Source: a virus (Duplodnaviria; Caudoviricetes). Taken from it: DNA of 64,000 nucleotides. Below are positions 45,239-54,062 of the stretch, in pieces; position 1 is the first letter of the stretch; each line of letters begins with the position of its first letter. A program made the translations under genes and the position numbers. The notes below the pieces were generated by a model. It had not been told where the DNA came from, made no database searches, and saw nothing but the letters and a program-made list of their open reading frames with translations. The stretch covers positions 12,589 to 76,588 of the IMG/VR virus record IMGVR_UViG_3300032259_000003; one strand, given 5' to 3'.

Positions 45239-46055
45239 AACCGGCTAACTCCGATTCTAGTGCTAATTCAACCGTCACTAAATTACTGCCACCATCAGGC
45301 AGAACGCCGTCAAGTGCCAACTGCAACGCCGCTATTTCATCAATCAAACGCTGTTTTTCTGCGACGTGGTTCGCAATGCGTGTGTTAATCCCATTGTCTG
45401 CACGAATAATGAGGTTAATTAAACCATTGTGACTATCGCGGATGCCTTGCAGACAATCGGCCTTCGGTGTTTTTACCTCAACATCATCCACAAACTCACT
45501 AAAATTATTCGTGTTCTCAAACGTGGTATCTACTTCGGTTACAATGTCCTCAACCACGCCAATAAAAACAGCGTCACGAATATCTTGCAGGTTATTTTTG
45601 AGTGCCACCAATTGAACGCGGTTGGCTTCACGGTTGGCTCTAAACCCATCCTTACGCGCTATCGTCGCCTCTGTACGGGCAATCAAGTTTTGCACACGGT
45701 TCAGTTTACGAACCACTTTATGCCTGCGTCGTCGTTCGTCGTTGGTGTTGGCGTTGGAGTTGCTCTCGTAAAGAATACCATCAACGGTTAAGTTGCCGTT
45801 TATATCACGGTCGTCAGGTAGTCCAGCGTAGGTATACGTTAATTCTATTGTGTCGTGTGTGGCCTGTGGTGCGCTGACTGTCACGACGCAGGTATTGGTT
45901 CCCGATACGCTGGGTCGGTTGCCATCGGCTACTTGCATACTATCCCACGCAGGGACGAATATACCGTCAATCTCAATGTCAGGGAGTGCGAGTAGATCAA
46001 TTTGTATCGTTGGGCGGTTGCCCGTCCATGTGCTTAGATACGCTTTTACTGTCAT
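45231..46055 (-). CDS. Coiled-coil protein
   Basis: Homologue of 8168-8992. Confidence 0.6.
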   Translation of the reverse strand: MTVKAYLSTWTGNRPTIQIDLLALPDIEIDGIFVPAWDSMQVADGNRPSVSGTNTCVVTVSAPQATHDTIELTYTYAGLPDDRDINGNLTVDGILYESNSNANTNDERRRRHKVVRKLNRVQNLIARTEATIARKDGFRANREANRVQLVALKNNLQDIRDAVFIGVVEDIVTEVDTTFENTNNFSEFVDDVEVKTPKADCLQGIRDSHNGLINLIIRADNGINTRIANHVAEKQRLIDEIAALQLALDGVLPDGGSNLVTVELALESELAGYG

Positions 46056-49000
46056 GATAATACCGTCCCGACTGCATCCGTATAATCGCTTAGTCCATCC
46101 GCTGGGATACTCGTTATTTGTAGGTTAGTCGCATAGCCCTGTAGGTGTGACGTGTTGCTGGTATTTAACGCGCCCACAACAGTATTGCCATCACTCAATG
46201 CAGCCCCAACTATATCATTAGTCAAAACGACGGTATCGGTTGACGTGCCATTGATAAATAATTCAGCAGTTCCGCCACTGGTCGGTATGTCAATCTCAAC
46301 GAGATAGTTCACCGTAGCGGCGGCGGTGTCAAATGTCATTTGGTTGGTTGCACCGGCTGCACGATAATCAACAATCAATTGGCTGGCCGTTGTGCCAAAA
46401 TAACCACTAATATAATTATCTGCATCCACGTAAATTAAAAACGCTTGGCATAATGTGGTGCTTACCGTATTGGTCGCAGGTTGGACATAAAAACTATAGC
46501 GCTTGTCATTCATACTCAAGCTGGTTAATCCAATATTGAGATGTCCCGCGCTTGTGAAGTCTATATATTGTTGGCCATTGGGCGCGAATAATGCCGATAC
46601 CGTTGCCGAGCTTAAGGTATCCGCTGCACCGCCACTACTCATCAAGTTATTGCCGTAAGAATTATTGAGTTTGGCTAGCGTATACGTGTCACTGAGATGT
46701 TTATACCAGGTCGCCCCGTTTGCCGTTATCAGGTTTGATGCACGTAGCGCGGTCAGTTGGTCTATCGTCTGGTTAACGCTGATATAGGCGGTATAGATAT
46801 TTTTATCGTAACTTGTTGTACCACTACTAGAATTTGCTGCGCCGATAGCGGTTACATTGGCTGTGTAACCTGTGAAGGCAACAAACGCCGTTGCATCACT
46901 TGCTACAAGCTGGCCATTAATCGAGAGTTTTAAACCGTCACTATCAATCTTGATAGCAATCTGACATAAATCACCGTCACCTAATGATAAACCGGAGAGC
47001 GTATAACTCGCATTATGGGCGCTACCGTCGTCATAGCTTAGAACTAGCGCGGTTGTGCTGGTATATAGGTGTATAAAGTCGGTGCTATCGTTTTGAATGT
47101 ATAGAATAGAATTCACCGCGTCGGTTAAGTCGAGTTCAACGTCAAAGACAGCCGATAAACTACTTAAGGAAACGGGTAGGAAGCTCGCTATATCCGCATA
47201 ACCAATAACACCATATTGTCCCTTTGCTCCACGCACTGTGCCTAATGTGCCTGTTGTTGCTATCGCCGTATTCAATACATCATCGTAGAATGTACCGTCT
47301 GGGTTGGTAACAATCCCGACCGTTGGCGATACGAGGCTGTTTAAATTCGCATAATAATCCTTGATAACCATCTCCGCCTGAATCATATCGTTCAGGCTCT
47401 CGGTTGCCAGTTGGTGCAATTTGGCCATCCGTTTGAATGTTCCGTACCATGCGTCGTTTCCGCTGGTGGCTAAATCATTACCATAGATATAATTACCTGT
47501 GCCCGTTGTGCGACCACCAACGCCGGCGGTGTCGGTGCTTAATGTATTGGCCGTTGCATTAGTATATAGCTCGGCGGTGTCCGTCGCTTCGTTCATGCTT
47601 GCAATAACTAACGTGTTGTCACCTAATACAATCCCACCGCTAGTCAATTTGGCTTGAAGGTCGGTGGTTACATAATTGACCTCATAATTTAAGCCGGTGG
47701 TACTCGCAAGTTCTAACACGTCATTGCTGGATAGTTGTTTAAAAAATTTACCCGTTGAATTGCCACCTAGTCTATAGGCGTTGCCCTCAAATATCCATGA
47801 CCCCGTATCGGTGTTCAATTCTGCGACATAGGTCTGCAACAGTGAACTATCACTCTCTGAGAATAAAAAGCGGTCACCTTCGACAAGCCGGACTTCATTG
47901 GGAGATAAGTCCCGGCCTGTCCCGAGTCGTTCCGTCAATGATCCATTTTTAAAGTACATATCGGCATTTAAATAACTCAGGGCTTGAATGTCATTTGCAA
48001 ACCGTTGTGTGTAAGTGTCGTATACCGTCATATCAAAGTTATGCGTACCGGCTACAGTAGCATAATATTTAGTGCCGTATTCGGCTTCGGCGGCTAGGGT
48101 CACGGCAAGGCTAGCCGTTGTTGCGCCATTTTTATATGCTGTTAGTGCTGTGCCTGCAAAGACAAATTTTAATAATGCCCCATCGACAGCCGTTATCGTG
48201 CCGATCAATGTCGCGGTCGGGTCATACTCGTAGACCTCACATGCACCGGCTACCGTAAAACGAAGTTCCACCATCTCCGACACATTAACGGAGTGCCTAA
48301 AGAATAAGCTCGTAACGTCCGTTACGGGATCGCCGTTGCTTGTAACCTCAACCGTGTAGTCGGATACGCCTAATTCGTTAACTGCTATGGATGTGGTTCG
48401 TGCGCTGTATGATGCTTGACTCAGTAGGTCGCCTGTGGGTGACACGTTGTAGAGTGGTGCATCAGTGATTACACCTGTGTAGGTGACTTCTTGGAGTGAC
48501 CAATTGTCCAGAGTTACAATTTGACCTGCTGACATTGCGTTCATAGCAATAAATGTATTTGTCACGCTTTTTGCCCCAAAATAAATCTCATAAACCGTAG
48601 GGGTCGTTGTTATCGCCTGAACACTGTAACTTGCTCCATCATATACAACTATATTACATGCGCCTGTATTTACTGACGCGGTTACTTGATATTTATACAC
48701 CCTGCCTAGTGTCAGATCAGTAGACAAATCTGATGTGTTTCGTAAAAAATTATACGCGCCGCTAGGGTTATCATTGTATGTGATCTGTAGCGCATTCCCA
48801 ACATTGGCAATAGAATTTGTACCATATGCCAACCAACTATATATACCACTATCAAACGTTCCTGCGCCAGCATCTACCAAATCCGCACCGAGCTTCTTAC
48901 CCATCAGCGCGTCATAAATCGCTTGCACTTGTGCCTGTGTTTTTGATACGTTGTAAATTCCGACCGCGTGGAAATTCGTCCCAGCTAAAATCGGCAACGT

Positions 49001-49603
49001 GCCTGCGTTGGTTGCCCCAATGGTCAGTGCAGTATATGATCCAGTCATCGCACCATGAGCGTATGTTTTCGCGCCTGTCTCTGTGCCATCAGCATGGCAA
49101 ACTGTCCAGTTCGCGTCTGCGCCGTCCATCTCGTAGGCAATAACAATTGTCTCGTTCTCAGGTATGCCCGTAATTTGGTGAGATATTGTACCGCCTGCAT
49201 CATGAAATACATTTAACGTGTTCGCGGCGGTGTGACGGATGCTAAATGAGTTTGAAGCATCAATGTAACCGTGAAACAATGCCTCTGCTGTGCTATACGT
49301 GCCTAATGTGCCAACCCAAATAACCGTAAAATTCGATGATGATTTACCTATAGCCGTTGGAACAGTCCCACGATGCTCACCATTACCACGCAACGCCTTC
49401 CGCGCTCCGCTGTGGTTGCTGTAGGCGGTGTAGTTGTGACCACCTGTTATCGTCGCGGTACGTGCGGCTACCTGTTCGGTCATGGTTGCGCCGCTTGACC
49501 CGTCCGCGGTGTAGAGGGCTATTGCGTCGTCAAGCATAACATCAAACCACTGCGCGCCACCGGCCATCAATATAGGTATTGCAGAAGATAAATTCCGTAA
49601 CAT
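46052..49603 (-). CDS. Large multi-LamG protein with an extra carbohydrate-binding-like insert
   Basis: Homologue of 8989-12150. Start is MLRN at 49603 by comparison with unit A. Confidence 0.72.
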   Translation of the reverse strand: MLRNLSSAIPILMAGGAQWFDVMLDDAIALYTADGSSGATMTEQVAARTATITGGHNYTAYSNHSGARKALRGNGEHRGTVPTAIGKSSSNFTVIWVGTLGTYSTAEALFHGYIDASNSFSIRHTAANTLNVFHDAGGTISHQITGIPENETIVIAYEMDGADANWTVCHADGTETGAKTYAHGAMTGSYTALTIGATNAGTLPILAGTNFHAVGIYNVSKTQAQVQAIYDALMGKKLGADLVDAGAGTFDSGIYSWLAYGTNSIANVGNALQITYNDNPSGAYNFLRNTSDLSTDLTLGRVYKYQVTASVNTGACNIVVYDGASYSVQAITTTPTVYEIYFGAKSVTNTFIAMNAMSAGQIVTLDNWSLQEVTYTGVITDAPLYNVSPTGDLLSQASYSARTTSIAVNELGVSDYTVEVTSNGDPVTDVTSLFFRHSVNVSEMVELRFTVAGACEVYEYDPTATLIGTITAVDGALLKFVFAGTALTAYKNGATTASLAVTLAAEAEYGTKYYATVAGTHNFDMTVYDTYTQRFANDIQALSYLNADMYFKNGSLTERLGTGRDLSPNEVRLVEGDRFLFSESDSSLLQTYVAELNTDTGSWIFEGNAYRLGGNSTGKFFKQLSSNDVLELASTTGLNYEVNYVTTDLQAKLTSGGIVLGDNTLVIASMNEATDTAELYTNATANTLSTDTAGVGGRTTGTGNYIYGNDLATSGNDAWYGTFKRMAKLHQLATESLNDMIQAEMVIKDYYANLNSLVSPTVGIVTNPDGTFYDDVLNTAIATTGTLGTVRGAKGQYGVIGYADIASFLPVSLSSLSAVFDVELDLTDAVNSILYIQNDSTDFIHLYTSTTALVLSYDDGSAHNASYTLSGLSLGDGDLCQIAIKIDSDGLKLSINGQLVASDATAFVAFTGYTANVTAIGAANSSSGTTSYDKNIYTAYISVNQTIDQLTALRASNLITANGATWYKHLSDTYTLAKLNNSYGNNLMSSGGAADTLSSATVSALFAPNGQQYIDFTSAGHLNIGLTSLSMNDKRYSFYVQPATNTVSTTLCQAFLIYVDADNYISGYFGTTASQLIVDYRAAGATNQMTFDTAAATVNYLVEIDIPTSGGTAELFINGTSTDTVVLTNDIVGAALSDGNTVVGALNTSNTSHLQGYATNLQITSIPADGLSDYTDAVGTVLS

Positions 49604-49738
49604 ACATACACCTGTAAGTTTAAAAGCCCTATAGGGTTGTATAGGGCTTCGCAAAGGAGGAGAGTTAAATATATTTATGACTCTACTCTCATTATATCAC
49701 ATTTTACTTATAGCCATTCCGCTATTATTACAATAGCA

Positions 49739-50134
49739 TTACAATGACAATTCAATATCCGCTATCACTTCGCTGGCAAACTCTAAAATGCCTTTAACGT
49801 CGCGCCAGGTGTAATGACTTTTAAAACGAATAGACATACAGCGCGCGATGTCCGCCTGCAATTGTTGACCTCTTAATACACTACCCAGCATATATTTACG
49901 TTCCAACCGTAGCGCGTAACGCTCTTCAACGCCTAAATAATTGCGATATGTGCGGTGCCGGTTCTCACTCGCTGTTCCAAACCGTCGCTTGCCGAACGCT
50001 TGAAAATTGATATTCTGAAATGCCGCGCGTTCTATTGCAAAGCTGTTATGTGTATTAAGATGATACTCTGGCATCGTGACAATATCATTTAATAGCGTTG
50101 GGTTGGCTCTAATGGCCTGTATAATATCGTTCAA
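49739..50134 (-). CDS. Putative late transcription regulator
   Basis: Homologue of 12284-12679. Confidence 0.45.
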   Translation of the reverse strand: MNDIIQAIRANPTLLNDIVTMPEYHLNTHNSFAIERAAFQNINFQAFGKRRFGTASENRHRTYRNYLGVEERYALRLERKYMLGSVLRGQQLQADIARCMSIRFKSHYTWRDVKGILEFASEVIADIELSL

Positions 50135-50316
50135 ATTGTAAGCTCCTCTCTTATCTTACATAGTATAACACATTATTGAATCGTTCCTCATTTGGGTAAA
50201 TTTGCGATAAACTTGGGATAACACACAACCCCCCTATATCCCCCTATACCCCCCTTCAACCATTAACACCCCCCCCGTATTTTTTTGTAGAGTGGGTGTT
50301 AACACGGTAGGGTAGG

Positions 50317-50688
50317 TTAACCGGTTCGTTTTTGTTTGTGACGCTCGGCGCTCTCTTCGTGATACTCTAAAATTTTAAAATACTCATTGGCCAACGTGGT
50401 GCGGTCGTCAATCGCTCTATTTTTTGTTACTACACCATACACCACAACATCACGCATTTTTTTAGTCCGTACGATCTGGTTCTTTTTACCGACGGCTTTA
50501 ACCATCCCGCGCGTCCGTAATTCTTCCAGGCCCCGGCGGCTCCGGTTGCCTTTACCCTGACTATAGCGTTCTGACACATCGTACTGGGTCGCGTCACCGT
50601 AACGAATAAAACCGGTTAATACCTCAATGCACCGCTGTAATTGCGCCATACGTGCGACCCGTTGGTTATAGTTAAATTCTCCGGCCAT
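50317..50688 (-). CDS. Hypothetical winged-helix-like protein
   Basis: Homologue of 12860-13231. Confidence 0.65.
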   Translation of the reverse strand: MAGEFNYNQRVARMAQLQRCIEVLTGFIRYGDATQYDVSERYSQGKGNRSRRGLEELRTRGMVKAVGKKNQIVRTKKMRDVVVYGVVTKNRAIDDRTTLANEYFKILEYHEESAERHKQKRTG

Positions 50689-50939
50689 TAGTCCATCCCT
50701 TCCAGCGCATCGCGCCCTAATGTATAGTCGAGTTCATGTAAATAGAGTTGCGCATCTTGCCGCGCGTCGTCATCTTCAATTTGCATGACAACCCATGCTA
50801 AAAATTCGATATGCTCCACTACTTCGGCGGCGGTCATCTGTACGCAATTAATACACAAGCGCAAATCATGGTAAGCATATAAATAGTTGCCCTGCTCGAT
50901 CTCGTGGTTGGCCTGTTGGATGTATCCGTCACGTGTCAT
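50688..50939 (-). CDS. Hypothetical protein
   Basis: Homologue of 13231-13482. Confidence 0.7.
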   Translation of the reverse strand: MTRDGYIQQANHEIEQGNYLYAYHDLRLCINCVQMTAAEVVEHIEFLAWVVMQIEDDDARQDAQLYLHELDYTLGRDALEGMD

Positions 50940-51133
50940 GATCTTTTATCCATTTGGGCCTTTTGGATATTGATGAGGTCTGTCTCAAACATTTCAATAT
51001 ATTCAGTATCCCCTCTCATTCGAGCAAGGTACAACGCTAAACTAACAGTTATTCGCAACTCATTTAGTTTGTCTTTTGAGTGTCTACCATACACCCACCA
51101 AAACCCTATTTTATTCATTATTTGTTTCCTCAT
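50936..51133 (-). CDS. Hypothetical protein occupying the slot of the unit A pentapeptide gene
   Basis: 65 aa, ATGA-coupled on both sides. Confidence 0.6.
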   Translation of the reverse strand: MRKQIMNKIGFWWVYGRHSKDKLNELRITVSLALYLARMRGDTEYIEMFETDLINIQKAQMDKRS

Positions 51134-51348
51134 GATGCCTTATCCTTTCTTACAAAACGCTTCCATTCTCCATTGGTAATCTCATCGCGTGACATCGCCC
51201 ACACATCACGCATATTATTGAGCGCAAATAATAAGCGGCTGACGGTTGCCGGGCCATGTAGTGCGATATGGTCCCGTTCAGCGCGGTATAACATGGCATG
51301 GTCTTCGGTCGGGTTAATCCAAATTGTACAAAATTCATCAATATTCAT
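51130..51348 (-). CDS. Hypothetical protein
   Basis: Homologue of 13997-14215. Confidence 0.7.
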   Translation of the reverse strand: MNIDEFCTIWINPTEDHAMLYRAERDHIALHGPATVSRLLFALNNMRDVWAMSRDEITNGEWKRFVRKDKAS

Positions 51349-51381
51349 AATGCTTATCCTTTGTAATTATTCTATGCTCTA

Positions 51382-51410
51382 ATGATAGCATACACTATTA
51401 GATAGTGCAA
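51382..51410 (-). promoter_or_regulatory. Promoter TTGCAC-N17-TATCAT
   Basis: Identical to 14249-14277. Confidence 0.65.
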
Positions 51411-52136
51411 CTATTCCGCTAAGGCTTTTAGCATTGCTTCGGCTATTGGCAGAATACACTGTGGAACAACGGCGTTTCCTAGTGCCTCGACCCGATCACG
51501 GCGGTATTCTTTCCTGTCCGTAACGCGCGACGGTTCAAATTCGTGTTGTGGCACATTGCGCGGCGCAGGGAATTGATGCTCTGATAGGTTAACGCTGACG
51601 TCGGGTATCTCTATATCTGTGTAACCTATAGGGTATCCCATAAGTAGTTCACACCAATCGGGGTTAAGCGGGCGCGGCTTGGGGTGCGAATCTTCTATAA
51701 CTAGGCCGCGGAGGTGATTCCACTTCATATCATGATTGTGACTCTTTGACCCTAACGGTCCCGTTCCTTTGCGGTCTGATGTATCAAGCGTAGGCCAGTT
51801 TCGGCTCTCCATACTTACATATTGCGTCAAGCTCATCCCGAACCGTGTCCCTGTGGTTTTAGATTGGCGATACAATGCGCCGGTTTCGGTTTCCCCAAAC
51901 AATTCAGGGTCTACGGTTACGATACCTAAAGCGTCACTTGCTGTTGGATTGGGATAAAACGCAGAACCATCTCTTCCGTTGGTGTGGCGCACCAACGTCT
52001 GAAGCTCGGATATGTTGCCATTGTGCATCATACCCGCTTTTGATAACTTGCCTGAGTAGCTCTCTAAACTCATCGCCATCATTGAGGCTTGCAAAATGCG
52101 GTACATTTTCGAGAAATACCATTTTTGGCTTAACAT
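51411..52136 (-). CDS. C5 cytosine methyltransferase beta polypeptide (variable region plus motifs IX and X)
   Basis: LNPDWCELLMGYP (IX) and RVEALGNAVVPQ (X). Overlaps the alpha ORF in another frame; the exact start is uncertain. Confidence 0.8.
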   Translation of the reverse strand: MLSQKWYFSKMYRILQASMMAMSLESYSGKLSKAGMMHNGNISELQTLVRHTNGRDGSAFYPNPTASDALGIVTVDPELFGETETGALYRQSKTTGTRFGMSLTQYVSMESRNWPTLDTSDRKGTGPLGSKSHNHDMKWNHLRGLVIEDSHPKPRPLNPDWCELLMGYPIGYTDIEIPDVSVNLSEHQFPAPRNVPQHEFEPSRVTDRKEYRRDRVEALGNAVVPQCILPIAEAMLKALAE

Positions 52137-52494
52137 CTGTAATTATCCTCATCATCTCTGGAATTAAATAACGTTCATCATCTTGACCGGCTTTTTTACC
52201 TGCTATAGAAAAGGGCTGACATGGTTACGGGAAGCCTGCAACAATAACATCGGTTGTATTATCGTCTTGGCTTCCGTCGTCACCTCCTTTGTAGTAACGG
52301 CTTACCGCGTTGTCAATCATTTCTTTGTCAACATCATAAATATCTCTAAATTTAACCGTGTTTGGGAACCGCAAATTCAACACAGATTGACAATATTCGT
52401 TTATCTCAACCTGCCAAACAATATCAAACCCGGCCTCTTGAAACGCTAGATCAATTCCGCCAATACCTGTAAATAGTGAGCCTACTGTACTCAT
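51934..52494 (-). CDS. C5 cytosine methyltransferase alpha polypeptide (motifs I-VIII), interrupted by one in-frame TAA in motif IV (recoded or pseudogene)
   Basis: SLFTGIGG (I), GFP*PCQPFS (IV), FLENV (VI), APHQRKRWF (VIII), all in one frame. Confidence 0.85.
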
Positions 52495-52835
52495 GATAAA
52501 TCAACCACCTTCAACGCCTTTAAATTCACGCCGTTACACGTTCCCCTCGGATGGACTAAGTAGGCGTAACGATCTCCGCCATAGTCCACTATCCGCGTTA
52601 TCGTTGCGCCGTAATATGCACATTGCTTAATTACGGTTAACCCAATAAACGGGTGCGCTTTTGGCGCAGGTAATAAACCAGCGATAACCGGCGCGGTCAA
52701 TAGGGGGGGGTATGTTTTTGACGGCGTGGGTGCGATATTACACGGCCGCGCTTGTGGTGGCGTGACATATGTTAGCGCCTCTGCAAAACTTAGAAATTTT
52801 GTGCGTGGTTGGATGTTGCTGTAACTTAAATTCAT
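52491..52835 (-). CDS. Hypothetical protein
   Basis: Homologue of 14278-14622. Confidence 0.7.
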   Translation of the reverse strand: MNLSYSNIQPRTKFLSFAEALTYVTPPQARPCNIAPTPSKTYPPLLTAPVIAGLLPAPKAHPFIGLTVIKQCAYYGATITRIVDYGGDRYAYLVHPRGTCNGVNLKALKVVDLS

Positions 52836-52868
52836 GATACCTTATCCTTTTTTGAATAGTGCAACTAA

Positions 52869-53849
52869 TTAGAATAACGGCAATTGGTTGGCTTCCCAGT
52901 CGGTAGCAATGCGCTTCTCTGCCATCGCTATATATTCAGGGTTAACCTCACATCCGATATAATGGCGGTTTAGGCGTTTAGCCACTAGCCCAACCGTTCC
53001 GGCTCCCATGAATGGGTCAATAACTACATCGCCGCGTTTACTTCCGGCCTTGATGCAAATCTCGGGTAATTCAGGGGGGAACGTTGCAAAGTGTGCCTCA
53101 CTATATGGCCTGGTGGTTATTGTCCATACTGAACGTTTGTTACGTCCATTGGGATTCGCAAACCGTTTTCCCATGCGTTCTGTATCAACGGGAGGGATTC
53201 CAACCCCAATGTTATTAGGGTGCTTATGTGTTAATCCATATTCGACGCGCTTTAGAGAAACGGGTTTATGCGGCTCCCTTACCGCATCAAAATCATAATA
53301 ATACTGTGCTGACTTCGACAATAAGAATATGTATTCATGCGCTTTGGTCGGCCTATCGGTTACGCTCTCCGGCATGGGGTTGGGTTTATTCCAAACATTG
53401 TCCATGCGTACCCACCAGCCTGCATCTTGGAGCGCAATGGCGACACGGTGCGGAACTAGCATAAGGTCTTTGGGTTTTAGGGTTGTATTGAACTGTTTGG
53501 GGGGTTTAAACATACGTTCAATTCTCGTCCCCGTTTCAAGTGAATTTGTGCCACCGGTTTGGGTTGACCCTGCAAACGAATCCCCCAAATTGAGCCAGAA
53601 TACACCATCAGGTTTTAATACCCGTCGCAACTCCTCGAATATCATAACTAGCTTATCAATGTATTCCTGTAAGGTTGGCTCAAGACCAAGCTGTCCGTTT
53701 ACGCCATAATCACGAAGTCCATAATAAGGAGGGCTTGTAACGCAACATTGCGCGTAATCCGACGGTAATGCCTTCAAGAAGTTTAGCGCATCCATATTAT
53801 AAATTTTGTCGTGTAACGTTTTTGTGTGGTGCATTGGTAGTAAGTTCAT
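52869..53849 (-). CDS. DNA N4-cytosine/N6-adenine methyltransferase (beta class)
   Basis: VTSPPY and DPFMGAGT. Homologue of 14656-15678 with two replaced internal segments. Confidence 0.92.
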   Translation of the reverse strand: MNLLPMHHTKTLHDKIYNMDALNFLKALPSDYAQCCVTSPPYYGLRDYGVNGQLGLEPTLQEYIDKLVMIFEELRRVLKPDGVFWLNLGDSFAGSTQTGGTNSLETGTRIERMFKPPKQFNTTLKPKDLMLVPHRVAIALQDAGWWVRMDNVWNKPNPMPESVTDRPTKAHEYIFLLSKSAQYYYDFDAVREPHKPVSLKRVEYGLTHKHPNNIGVGIPPVDTERMGKRFANPNGRNKRSVWTITTRPYSEAHFATFPPELPEICIKAGSKRGDVVIDPFMGAGTVGLVAKRLNRHYIGCEVNPEYIAMAEKRIATDWEANQLPLF

Positions 53850-53855
53850 GATACT

Positions 53856-54062
53856 TTATCCTTTATCCTCTATTAAATAAGCTTCTTCGACTTCCCATTG
53901 ATATCTAGTCCATTCATTTCTATAATCCCACCACATTGAATCATCATAATCATCTTGAAGATCATCGCAAACTTTTTGCGCGGTGTCTCGATCTGTGTAC
54001 ACCTTGACAACTTCGGGGTAACAGTCACCCAATGTTTTGACAATAACATAAACGAGTTTCAT
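53856..54062 (-). CDS. Hypothetical acidic protein (unit B only)
   Basis: 68 aa, flanked by a 21-bp direct repeat. Confidence 0.7.
   Translation of the reverse strand: MKLVYVIVKTLGDCYPEVVKVYTDRDTAQKVCDDLQDDYDDSMWWDYRNEWTRYQWEVEEAYLIEDKG

Noticed and set aside
436-45791. Numerous + strand ORFs of 60-150 aa opposite structural genes
   Set aside because: Antisense shadows of well-supported minus-strand genes, with no motifs or RBS.
49604-49654. N-terminal extensions in the ORF track (also 21422-21499, 22787-22879, 23525-23641, 28335-28508)
   Set aside because: Comparison between the units and RBS positions point to downstream starts.
52225-52227. Genome-wide TAA reassignment
   Set aside because: TAA is used as a normal stop in many genes here, including capsid, portal and terminase genes.
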